Source of the DNA: Octopus sinensis
Taxonomy: Eukaryota
NCBI RefSeq assembly: GCF_006345805.1
Contig: NC_043005.1
Coordinates: forward strand, 3,844,001 to 3,908,000
Direction: 5' to 3'
Length of the DNA: 64,000 nt
Part shown: piece after piece, positions 12,119-23,395 of the stretch
Numbering within the stretch: the stretch's first letter is position 1
How the letters are laid out: the number at the start of each line of letters is the position of its first letter
The notes under the pieces: model-generated
Databases searched by the model: none
Told to the model about the DNA's origin: nothing
Seen by the model: the letters and a program-made list of their open reading frames with translations, nothing else
Made by a program: the position numbers and the translations under genes

Positions 12119-12927
12119 TGGTGGCATGTAAAGAACATCTTTTGAATGTTGGGCCTCACGAAGACAAAGTGGCTGAGTTCCTTTCGGGTGTTGGGTCTGA
12201 CGAAGACAAAGTGGCTGAGTTCCTTTCGGGTGTTGGGTCTGACGAAGACAAAGTGGCTGAGTTCCTTTCGGGTGTTGGGTCTGACGAAGACAAAGTGGCT
12301 GAGTTCCTTTCGGGTGTTGGGTCTGACGAAGACAAAGTGGCTGAGTTCCTTTCGGGTGTTGGGTCTGACGAAGACAAAGTGGCTGAGTTCCTTTCGGGTG
12401 TTGGGTCTGACGAAGACAAAGTGGCTGAGTTCCTTTCGGGTGTTGGGTCTGACGAAGACAAAGTGGCTGAGTTCCTTTCGGGTGTTGGGTCTGACGAAGA
12501 CAAAGTGGCTGAGTTCCTTTCGGGTGTTGGGTCTGACGAAGACAAAGTGGCTGAGTTCCTTTCGGGTGTTGGGTCTGACGAAGCAATGACCAAGGCCTTT
12601 GGCATTATGGCGTGCTTGAGAAGAAGACCCAACAAGCCAAGCAAAATTGCAGTCATGGCAGATACTGGTGTCATGCAAATTGGCACCTGTGCTGGTGGCA
12701 CCCTGGTGTCATTTAAATGGCACCCGTGTCATTTAAATGGCACCCGTGCCAGTGCCGTGTAAGAGCACCCATTACACTCTTGGAGTGGTTGGTGTTAGGA
12801 AGGGCGTCCAGCCATAGAAAACCATGCCAAATCAGACTGGAGTCTGGTGCAGTATTCCAGAGTGCCAGCCCATGCCAGCATGGACAATAGACGTAAATGA
12901 TGATTACGACGACGACGATGATGATAT
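12117..12927 (+). mobile_element. RTE-derived 3' fragment with amplified 5' unit
   Basis: Sequence after the array matches 34803-35030 and the RTE ORF C-terminus (LGLTEAMT), then the 3' core and (GAT/GAC)n tail. Confidence 0.75.
12147..12583 (+). repeat. Perfect 42-bp tandem array (~10.4 units)
   Basis: Unit GACGAAGACAAAGTGGCTGAGTTCCTTTCGGGTGTTGGGTCT. Units are identical apart from the first partial one; there are no spacers. Confidence 0.95.
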
Positions 12928-13879
12928 ACATGCAAAAGAAAGAGGGGTAAATATTGTTGGGAAAATAAAAGAGAGAAAGAAAGAGAAAACAAATGAAATC
13001 TAGAGGTGATGGCGGTGGTGGTGGTAGCGATGGAAGAGAGCTGAAAAACAAAACAAAAAGCGAATGAGATAAGAATCCTCCACCCACCCCCACCACGAAA
13101 TATGAAAGATGAAAAGAGGAAGAGGTACAAGACGACTATGAAGGAGAAGAGGGGTGGTGGGAGAGAGGAATGAAATATTTGTTATGACTTCATTTATTAT
13201 GACACACACACACCGGCTCAATTAAGTCACTGAAACCAGATAGTTGAGTTATCTACAAGAAAAACAAGTTTGTCTTATAATAGATTCCGGGAGTAGCAGG
13301 GAGCTTTGCCAATGGCAAAAAGGTGAACACACACACACACACACACACACACAGGAGTGTTAACCTGTCATATGACAGGTAACTCTGAAAGTACACAATT
13401 ACCACCCAGGGTAATATCAGAGAATATGGCATACATACGGTGATAATCATAATTTAACTTTTATCAAACTTCTTGGTGCTGATGCAAAATTATGAAACAA
13501 ATACTGACTTTTATAAGAAAAATATTTCCTTAAAATAAAATCAAATAACAATTTCTCATTTGCATATTTGCAATAAATATAAGTTATTTGTCTAAACATA
13601 TCAGCATAACCACCCTCCTCCCCTCTGCGAAATTTCATTAAAAACTAGATTTTTCAGAAAGTTATGGGACTCATCCTACACCTCTTACATTGACTCTTTC
13701 TGTATCTCTCCCCCTTCCTCTATATAATGTAAAGTGTGACAGAAGAAACCAACCAACCAACCAACAAACCAGCCAGCATGCAGGAGCTAAAACCAGAAGT
13801 CCAAAACTCCAAGAAGTCCCAGATCTCACTGCATGTGAGATCTGTAGGGTTAAACAAAAGAATGTACAAGACGAAACCT

Positions 13880-14374
13880 CACACACTGGACGAAAATTCA
13901 ATTCTTCAGGCAACACCAAACGTATTGTGGCTTTTGTTCGTCCACTTTCACGAACTGCTTGACATGACTTTTGCGGTCTGCTATCAAACATTTCCTGCAC
14001 TGTTGCCTCATTCTCCACTGATCGGGATGTGGTTGGATGGCCACTTCTTGCATCATTCACAGAGACCATCGTCATCAGCTTTGCATGATAACTTTTTATT
14101 GTCTCCAGACGTAGTCTTGCATGCTTTCCTTTCCATGCATGCCACCATCTCTGAACCAAAACAATGGAAATCCACACTTCGTAGCATGCTGCTATCTTAA
14201 CTGGCTCCTGAACAGTCAAGCGACCGGCCATCCGGAAAATAAGAAATAAGACAATGAGAAAATGAGAAATCCCCATTAGTGTTGTCTGTTTAAAAATCGT
14301 TTCCGTCATAACTTCAGTGATACTAAGAATTCTATAAGCAATTTCTGATGCCAAGTTACTTTCCATCCACCCTG
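13880..14374 (-). mobile_element. Tc1/mariner-superfamily transposon 5' remnant
   Basis: TA-CAGGGTGGATGGAAAGTAACTTGGCA terminus. The minus-strand peptide VNDARSGHPTTSRSVENEATVQEMFDSRPQKS resembles the N-terminal HTH/GRP region. Confidence 0.7.
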
Positions 14375-15234
14375 TATATATTTTTAGTGATAGAGTGGAA
14401 AAAATCAAAAAATTCTCCTTCTGGTAAATTACATTGCAAATAGAAAAAGAAATACTAAAGTCTTTATGAAAAATCCTTATAAATGAGGTGTAATGTTTAT
14501 ATAATCTCCCAGCTTCATGATTTTGTAATTAATGTTGTAATAATTTCATTTTTTAATACTTAACTGCTGTTAGTGATGTTTTTATAATTTTATAAATGCA
14601 TATTGACAGTTACAAGAGAAGCTGTTAGTAATTATTAACAGTTATAGACGAAGTAGTAAGTGGGATATTCATTTTCTTCAATTAATACTATTAAAATTAA
14701 AGTATATCAGCTAAATGACACTGTAACCAAAACTAATTAACAGTGTGTATTTAAGTGTGGTCTGAATTTTTCAATGAATGTGGTCATTAGTTTTTAACTC
14801 TCTTGTTCTGATATTCTGTCACTACGTTAATACAAAGAGAAAAATAAAATTTGGTCAATGCTTCTCAATACACGTATCTATATGTTCACTGAGAGATATT
14901 TGCAACTGGGAAATTGAATTTGCTAGTTATGCAATGTCATCTGTTTTCTTCAGGTCATTATTGTTTGTCCTATGTAATTTCCTCCACATCCTGAACAAGT
15001 TATTACATGCATTAAGTTTCCAGACACACACTTAAAATTATTCTTAATTTTTGAAGTATTGCCCTTGTTTAAATGGAATCCTGAACCTCAAACAAGTAGA
15101 GAAAAATTCTGGTGTTAGATACCCAACAATTTTTGATCATTGGTTTTCTGTTGTTAGATATAATTTAGCTTCTCTTAATACTTTGTTTAATGACTGTGAT
15201 TATGTTTTGCCTTCTATATGTATCTTTTATCTTT

Positions 15235-15630
15235 TATCATTTACTTGTTTCAGTCATTTGATTATGGCCATGCTGGGGCACTGCCTTGAAGGGTTATAAT
15301 TGAACAAACTGACCCCAATAGTTACATTTTTTAAAATTCTATTTATTCTATCAGTCACTTTTGCTGCACCACTAAGTTACAGGATGTAAAAAACACCAAC
15401 ACTTGTCAAGTAGTGGTGGGAGAACAAATATAGACACAAACACATACACATATATATATAAATATTTATATATATATACGACAGGCTTCTTTCAGTTTGC
15501 ATCTACTAAATCCACTCACAAGGGTTTGGTTGGCCTGAGGTTATAGCAAAAGACACTTACCCAAGGTGCCATGCAGTGGGACTTAACCATGTGGTCGGGA
15601 AGCAGGCTTCTTACCACACAGCCATGCCTG
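15235..15630 (-). mobile_element. SINE family B copy
   Basis: Full head-microsatellite-tail layout. Confidence 0.8.
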
Positions 15631-16287
15631 TTTGTTAGAATCCAGTTCATGCTGGCATCCCTTTTCAGCATTGGAACATTGGGATTGTGTGAGAAACATA
15701 TGATAGCTGTTTCAATTCAGTTCTTTTATTTTGTTTTTATTTGTCTTAGTATCTGAACATGAACTCTTTCGTCTCATTGTATCCCATTGTTGGTTAAAAA
15801 TGGTAAACAATGTCTGTCCATGAGTATATCTTTAAGTTTTTGAACTTATATATCACATATGTGCCTTTCCTTTTGGTTCAATTATTAAAATATTTATTCT
15901 AGTGTTACAGCTGAGATTAGGTAAAACATAGATATTGCTTTCGAGTTTGTAGGTTCACAATATGTATCTGTTTCAGTTTGATTTTTACTATCAACATATA
16001 TTTATAGAATTACAACATCACTAACAACAGCTAGTTATGAAATCATTAAATTATAATAATATTATTAATCACAAAATCATGAATATCTTTTAAAAAGGTG
16101 AAAACCGGTGCATAACATATCAGAAATAAATATTTTATCATAAGAATTTCAGTGCATTTCACTCCCTTTGTTCAATATGTAGCATGTGTGTTTGTGTGTG
16201 TGTGTGAGTTTATACTTCTCTACTTTTTGTCTTTATATAAAAATATAAAAAGCATCTACAATACACACACAAGCACATACACACACA

Positions 16288-16494
16288 CAAAGGGGTGCTG
16301 AAAAGTTCTTGGTTTTAAGGGCATTGCGAAAGGCCTGGTTGTAGGCCTAACCTTCCGAGATCTTTTACAAGGCTTAGAAAAACTGAAGGACAGCTGCTAT
16401 AAGTGTGTCAATCTGAGAGGGGAATATATTGAATAAAATCATAAATAACTGATCCTCTTCTATTTTATTTTACCCAAAGCCAAGAACTCCTTTG
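16288..16494 (+). mobile_element. mariner-derived MITE (empty-site version of 2858-3558)
   Basis: Left TIR AGGGGTGCTGAAAAGTTC. Carries a transposase C-terminal remnant LQGLEKLKDSCYKCVNLRGEYIE*. Confidence 0.8.
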
Positions 16495-16539
16495 TGTGTA
16501 TATATATATATATATATTATATATATATATATATATAAA

Positions 16540-16755
16540 ATCCTGTCTACTGTAGGCGCAAGGTTTGAAAATTTCAGGGAGGGGATAATCGATTACATTC
16601 ACTCTAGTGCATAACTGGTATTTATTTCATCAACCCCAAAAAGTTGAAAGACAAAGTCCACCTCGGCAGAATTTGAACTCAGAACGTAGTGGAAGACAAA
16701 ATACTGCTAAGCATTACACCCAGCAGGCTAACAATTCTGCCAGCTCACTGCCTTC
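16540..16755 (-). mobile_element. SINE family C copy
   Basis: Reverse complement of the element at 63599-63817. Further copies lie at 18585-19075, 37690-38290 and 39690-40060. Confidence 0.75.
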
Positions 16756-16811
16756 AAATATATCTATATATATCATTATCATCATATATATAATATATAT
16801 ATATATGTATG

Positions 16812-16890
<79 letters not shown>

Positions 16891-16892
16891 AA

Positions 16893-17230
16893 TAAAAAAC
16901 ACCCACTACACTCATGGAGTGGTTGGCGTTAGGAAGGGCATCCAGCTGTAGAAACACTGCCAAACCACTGCCAAATGGACATTAAATGATGATGATGATG
17001 ATATATATATATCATCATCATCATCATTTAATGTCCATTTTCCATGCTAGCATGGGTTGGACGGTTTGACTGGGGTCTGGGAAGCCAGGAGGCTGCACCA
17101 GGCTCCAGTTTGGTTTGGAAGTGTTTCTACAGCTGGATGCCCTTCCTAACGCCAACCACTCCATGAGTGTAGTGGGTGTTTTTTATGTGCCACCACCGGC
17201 ACAGGGGCCAGAGGAGGCTGACAAACAGCC
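16893..17230. mobile_element. Tail-to-tail inverted pair of RTE 3' fragments
   Basis: A plus-strand copy ending (GAT)n, an (AT)n spacer, then a minus-strand copy starting (CAT)n. Confidence 0.85.
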
Positions 17231-17249
17231 ATATATATATATATATATT

Positions 17250-17282
<33 letters not shown>

Positions 17283-18584
17283 TCATATTTTTATATTTAT
17301 TACTGTTATTGATTACCTCCTTTGTTGTTGTCAATATTTACTCATGACATTATCAAATTATAGCACCGCTAGCAGGAGCAACAGAAGCTAGTTAAGAAGA
17401 AATCATGGAACTAAAACAATTTGTTGCTGTTAGAATGGAAAGAGCCAGAACAGATATTGCAGACAAGACCTCCAGCATTGAAACTGTTCTGCCAATCAAC
17501 AGCACAAAATAGACGAAAGACAAAGTTGACCTCACTAAGATTTGAACTCAGAGCACAGAGTCAGAATAAATGCCATGAGGCATTTTACACAGCCCTCTAC
17601 TGACTGTACCAATTCACCACACACACACACGTAAGCGTGCATGTATTGTTGTAGATGTGTAGGGCTGTATATACATGTATGTATATGCTTTTACGCTCTT
17701 GTTATTTCAACCATTGCACTGTGGCCATGCTTGAGCACTGCCTCGTAAGGTTAGTCGACAGCGCCACATATTTTAAGTCAGGTACTTATTCTAATAGGAA
17801 TGTAAACAAACCAACACTGCTTGTCAAGCAGTGGGGGAACACACATATACATATACATACACACACACATAACATGTTTATATAAAGGTGTATGTACCTG
17901 TATACACACATACCTTTATACATACATATATACAAGTAAAACATACACCCACAAATGCCTACAGACAGACCCACACCTAAACCCATATGAATATGAATAA
18001 GTGAAGGGAACTGAACCATTTATCAAATTAAGTAATCTAGACAACATCCTATCGGTAACGGAATCAAATATGAAAGGTAATGAAAGTAAAGGGAGAGGCC
18101 AAAAATGTCTCTAAAGGGAAGAATTAATTTTAGGAGATTTCCTTCTTGTTTTGATAGTATTGTTGTTTTTCTTTTCCAATTAAGGTTTAGCAGTTAATAA
18201 TGTGTAACCAATATCTCTTTCTCTTTCTCTCTTTATCTATCTGTCCGTCCGTCTGTCTATCAATTTCTCTAGCTGTCTGTATGTCTTTCTGTCTATCTAT
18301 CTATCTATCTGTCTATGTATCTGTCTATGTATCTATCTATGTATCTATCTATGTATCTATCTGTCTGTCTGTCTATCTATCTATCTATCAATTTCTCTAG
18401 CTGTCTGTCTGTCAGTCTATAGGTCTCTCTGTTTGTTTGACTATCTGTCTGTTTGTCTCTCTGTCTGTCTGCCTGTCTATCTATCAATTTCTTTAGTTGT
18501 CTGTCTGTCTGTCTTCACATTCACTCCTCGATCCATCCTTTAAAGTAACAAGAGAATGAATCATCTCTTTCCTTTGAATACTTG

Positions 18585-18806
18585 ATAATCTTTTCCACTA
18601 TAAGCACAAGGCCTGAAATTTTGGGGGAGGGGGCTAGCTGACTCTATTGACCCAGTGTTCAATTGGTATTTATTTTATTGACCCTGAAGGGACAAATGGC
18701 AAAGTCAACCTCAGCAGAATTTGAACTCAGAATGTGAACACAAACAAACTGCCACTAAGCATTTTCTCTGACATGCTAATGATTCTGCTAGTTCACTGCC
18801 TTGAAA

Positions 18807-18839
<33 letters not shown>

Positions 18840-19075
18840 TAATAATAATAATAATAATAATAATCTTTTCTGCTATAAGCACAGGCCTGAAATTTGAGGG
18901 GAGGGGGCTAGTCAATTACATTGCTCCCAGTTCTTGGCTGGTAGTTATTTAATCAACCCCTGAAAGGATGAAAGGCAAAGTTGACTTCAACAGGATTTGA
19001 ACTCGGAATGTATAAACCAAAGAAATGTCATTAAGTCTTTTGTTCAGCATGCTAACGAACCTGCCTGCTTGATGC
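18585..19075 (-). mobile_element. Two tandem SINE family C copies separated by (AAT)n
   Basis: Both match the reverse complement of 63599-63817. Confidence 0.75.
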
Positions 19076-19499
19076 TTTCTAATTATTTTATAATTGCTAA
19101 TTGACAGACGCAACTCAAGAGCCAACAATTACATGCATGGTGCTTATAGTTTGATAATTTGCCATGCATGAAACTCTTAGCCCTCGAGTTACTTGTAAAT
19201 TCTGCCAATCAGAAATATTAGTATATGCCCATGTATTGAGTACTATTTATCCTGTTTGTGAAATTTAACTTTCACTGGATGGAGTGCTTTTTTGTTGATC
19301 CCACCAATAATGGAATATATATATATATCATCATCATCGTTTAACGTCCGCTTTCTCTGCTGGCATGGGTCGGATGGTTTGACCGGGGATCTGGGAAGCC
19401 AGAAGGCTGCACTAGGCTCCAGTCTGATCTGGCAGTGTTTCTACAGCTGGATGCCCTTCCTAACGCCAACCACACACACACACACACACACATTATATA

Positions 19500-22456
19500 T
19501 CATCATCATCATTATCATCGTTTAACGTCCGCTTTCCATGCTAGCATGGGTTGGACAGTTCCACTGGGGTCTGGGGAGCCCGAAGGCTGCACCAGGCCAG
19601 TCAGATCTGGCAGTGTTTCTACAGCTGGATGCCCTTCCTAACGCCAACCACTCCGAGAGTGTAGTGGTGATTTTATGTGCCACCGACCAGGTGCCAGACG
19701 AGGCTGGCAGACGCCACGCTCGGATGGTGTTTTTATGTGCCACCGACACAGGTGCCAGATGAGGCTGGCAGACGGCCACGCTCTGACGTGTTTTGTTACG
19801 TGCCCACAGCACGGAGGCCAGTCGATGCGGTACTGGCTACGGTCCCGTTCGGATGGTTTTCTTATGTGCACCACCGCACTGGTACCACAAGGATACAAAT
19901 TCATTGATGTTCATCTATTTTGATTTGGTTTGACTTGATTCGATTTGACTTTGATTTGACTTGCCTCAACAGTCTTCACAAGTGTCACAAGCAGGAAGGT
20001 ATGCACAGGCGGACTGACTACGTCCCAGGTAGGGGCCACGGGTTATGGCTTCACTAGTCTTGCCGGGTCTTCTCACGCACAGCATACTTCCATAGGTCTC
20101 GGTCTCTGGTCATTTCCATGGTGAGACCTAATGTCGAAGGTCGTGCTTCACACCACCTCGTCCCAGGTTTTCCTGGGTCTACCTCTTCCACGGTTCCCTC
20201 AACTGCTAGGGATTGGCACTTTCTCACACACACTATCTTCATCCATTCTCGCCACATGACCATACCATCGCAATCGTCTCTCTTGCACGCAACAACTGAT
20301 GCTTCTTAGGTACAACATTTCTCTTAGGGAACTAACACTCTGTCGAGTAAGTACACTGACATTACACATCCATCGGAGCATACTGGCTTCATTCCTCATG
20401 AGCTTACGCATGTCCTCAGCAGTCACGGCCCATGTTTCACTGCCATGTAGCATGGCAGTTCGAACACATGCATCATACAGTCTGCCCTTTACTCTGAGCG
20501 AGAGGCCTTTAGTCACCAGCAGAGGTAAGAGCTCCCTAAACTTTGCCCAGGCTATTCTTATTCTAGCAGTTACACTCTCAGCGCACCCACCCCCACTACT
20601 GACTTGGTCACCTAGATAACGGAAGCTATCAACTACTTCTAATTTTTCCCCCTGGAAAGTGACGGAAGTTGTTTTCTGCAGATTTTCGGAGGTCAATGCT
20701 CCCGAGCATCTGCCACATATAAAGACTATCTTCCCAGTTAGCCTACCTTTGACATTGCTGCACCTCTTATGTGTCCATAGCTTACACTGGGTACATCTTA
20801 TAGAGTTTCTACCTACACCTTTTCTACAGATCGAGCAGGGCCATCTTCCTGAGGACATTTGTGGATTGCCTACCTTCTACTTATTAGTACTTTGGTTTTA
20901 GCTAGGTTGACTCTAAGGCCCTCGATTCTAAACCCTCCTTCCACACCTGGAACTTCTCCTCCAGTTCTGATAGTGACTCAGCAATTAGAGCGAGGTCGTC
21001 AGCATAGAGGAGCTCCCAGGGGCAACCTGTCTTGAATTCCTCTGTTATTGCCTGGAGGACTATGATAAATAGGAGGGGGCTGAGTACTGAACCCTGGTGG
21101 ACCCCAACCTCTACTTTGAATTCTTCTGTACATGTGCCAACCCTACCTTGCTTACGGCATCTCTGTACATGGCTTGCACAGCCCTCACACCAGCCATTCA
21201 TCTATCCCTAGTTTCCTCATTGACCACCAGATGAGGGATCGGGGACCCTATCAAAGGCTTTCTCCATGTCAACGAAAGCCAGGTACAGGGGCTTATCTTT
21301 GGCTAGGTATTTCTCCTGCAGCTGCCTTACCAGGAATATAGCATCAGTGGTGCTTTTCCCTGGCACAAACCCAAACTGCATCTCATCTAAACTAACTCTC
21401 TCTCTAATTAGTTGGGCTATGACCCTCTCCGTAACCTTCATTACCTGATCCAACAGCTTGATACCTCTGTAATTATTTGTATCTAGGGCATCACCTTTAC
21501 CTTTGTAGCAGTTGACTAGTACGCTGCTACACCAGTCATTGGGTATGACTCCTTCGTGTATCACCTGGTTGACTATACGGGTGACTAGGTTATAGCCGAC
21601 ACTGCCAGATATTTTGAGCATCTCTGCAGTAATTCCTGATGGGCCTGGGGCTTTCCCTGTCTTCATACTTCTAATTGGCTTAGCTACCACGGAACTATCA
21701 ACTCGGATAGCTGGTCCCTCTGTTGGGTCAACATTCGGCAGACTCTCTTTATCCCATTCATTTTCTTTATTCAGCAACCTTTCATAGTGGCATCTCCAAA
21801 CCTCTCTCTTTGCTTCCTCATTTAGCGCAAGTGAACCATCATCCATGCGAACACACTTCTCTCCTACTACATCACGATTCTCTCTCACACACTGTCTTGC
21901 AACACGAAATACCTCAAGTCTTTTCATCCTCACGGCGCAGAACATTGGCAAATTTTTTCTTATCCGCTTCCCCTCTGGCTAAATAAACCTGTCTCCTAGC
22001 TTCCCTTCTGGCTGTCTGATACAATTCCCTGCTACCACCGTTCTTCCAGTCCTTCCAAGCCTGTCTCTTTTGTCTAATAGCCCTGTCAACCACAGTGTTC
22101 CACCACCATGTTACTCTGGTTGAGATGGTACTTTGCTCCATCCACAGATCTGGTCAGTGGCTGTCAGCAGATTGTCCTGTAGAAATCTCCAGTTGTCTTC
22201 CACATTAAGTGAAGCTATATCCCCTTCTATTTCGTCAAGGCTTCGAGTAGTATGTCTCTAAATCTCTGTCCATTTGCAGGATCTTTAAGCTTCCAGACCC
22301 TTCTCCTCCAAGCAGGTCTTCTTCTGGCAACCATTTAGCTCTGATCCTGAAGTCGCTAACTACTAATCTATGTCGAGGAGTGCATTCTTCGCCTGGAAAG
22401 GTTTTGGCATTTATAATCAGCCCTCTTTCCCTTTTTCTGGCAAGGATGTAGTCGTG
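19500..22456 (-). mobile_element. 5'-truncated RTE LINE, copy 2 (frameshifted)
   Basis: ORF fragments 22235-22459 (DYIL...HRLVVSDF, APE C-terminus), 21217-21951, 20902-21201 (YADD) and 20199-20858 (intact C4HC3 finger); 3'UTR and tail. A second tail fragment lies at 19328-19471. Confidence 0.95.
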
Positions 22457-22460
22457 CATG

Positions 22461-22532
<72 letters not shown>

Positions 22533-22632
22533 AGGCATCTCCCCCATCAAATAGAAATAAGATGTGAACTCACAACTTCTGGATATTACCTTGAACTTTA
22601 CTTTTTTACTTTTTTATTTCTTACTCTTATGG

Positions 22633-22733
22633 ACTCCTCTGATGAAGCTTTGGGGTTCAGTTTTTGTATAATTTTTGTATGATGTGTCAACTTTGGCATG
22701 CTGGACCCCCAAAACAGAAACAGCTGTAAGAGT
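22633..22733 (+). ncRNA. Type I hammerhead ribozyme motif (Penelope-like remnant)
   Basis: CTGATGA at 22639-45; stem II GCTTTGGGGTTCAG / CTGGACCCCCAAAAC; GAAA at 22717-20; palindromic stem III CAGCTG; GTA triplet (cleavage after 22728); stem I ACTC(C)T / AGAGT. Confidence 0.7.
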
Positions 22734-23313
22734 AGAGCTGTATTTATTTATTTATTCCTATGATTGTAATTAATAAATAAATCTTACTGATATTTGTCAA
22801 TTGACCATCTTCTCCATTTTCTTCCTTGCCTTATAAATTCTGGATAAACTTTTGCTTCCCTCTACTTGTACCTACTATTCAATTGTACTATTGCCTTGCA
22901 ACAGTAAGCATTTGGCTATAAATAAGTATACCCCCAGTAGTGTATTGGATATTTATTATCCCTTAGATGGTTGTCTAGCCTCTAACTCATATAGACATAA
23001 TTATATATATATAAAATTAAAGAGAGGAGAAAACAAATTCAAAGGCCGATGTATATATTCATTCAATCCATATTAACGAAATTCTCCATTTTATGCAAGT
23101 TACAAAAATAGATGCATTCATCTCTATGATATATAAAAAATTTCTACGAATTTACAAATACATACATATACACGAAAATTTCTAAACACATAAAAATTCA
23201 TAAATATAAGTATATAAAAAGTGTAAGTCCATAAAAAGCAAAGTCCAAATGAAGAGGATAATAAAGTGGATGTAAAATGATTTGTAAGGAGTCTGGAACA
23301 TGTATTAAGTCTA

Positions 23314-23395
<82 letters not shown>

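Noticed and set aside
12147-12583. CRISPR array or repeat-protein gene
   Set aside because: There are no unique spacers and no cas genes, the context is eukaryotic, and the unit derives from a retroelement. It has CTGACGA but no same-strand GAAA, so it is not a hammerhead either.
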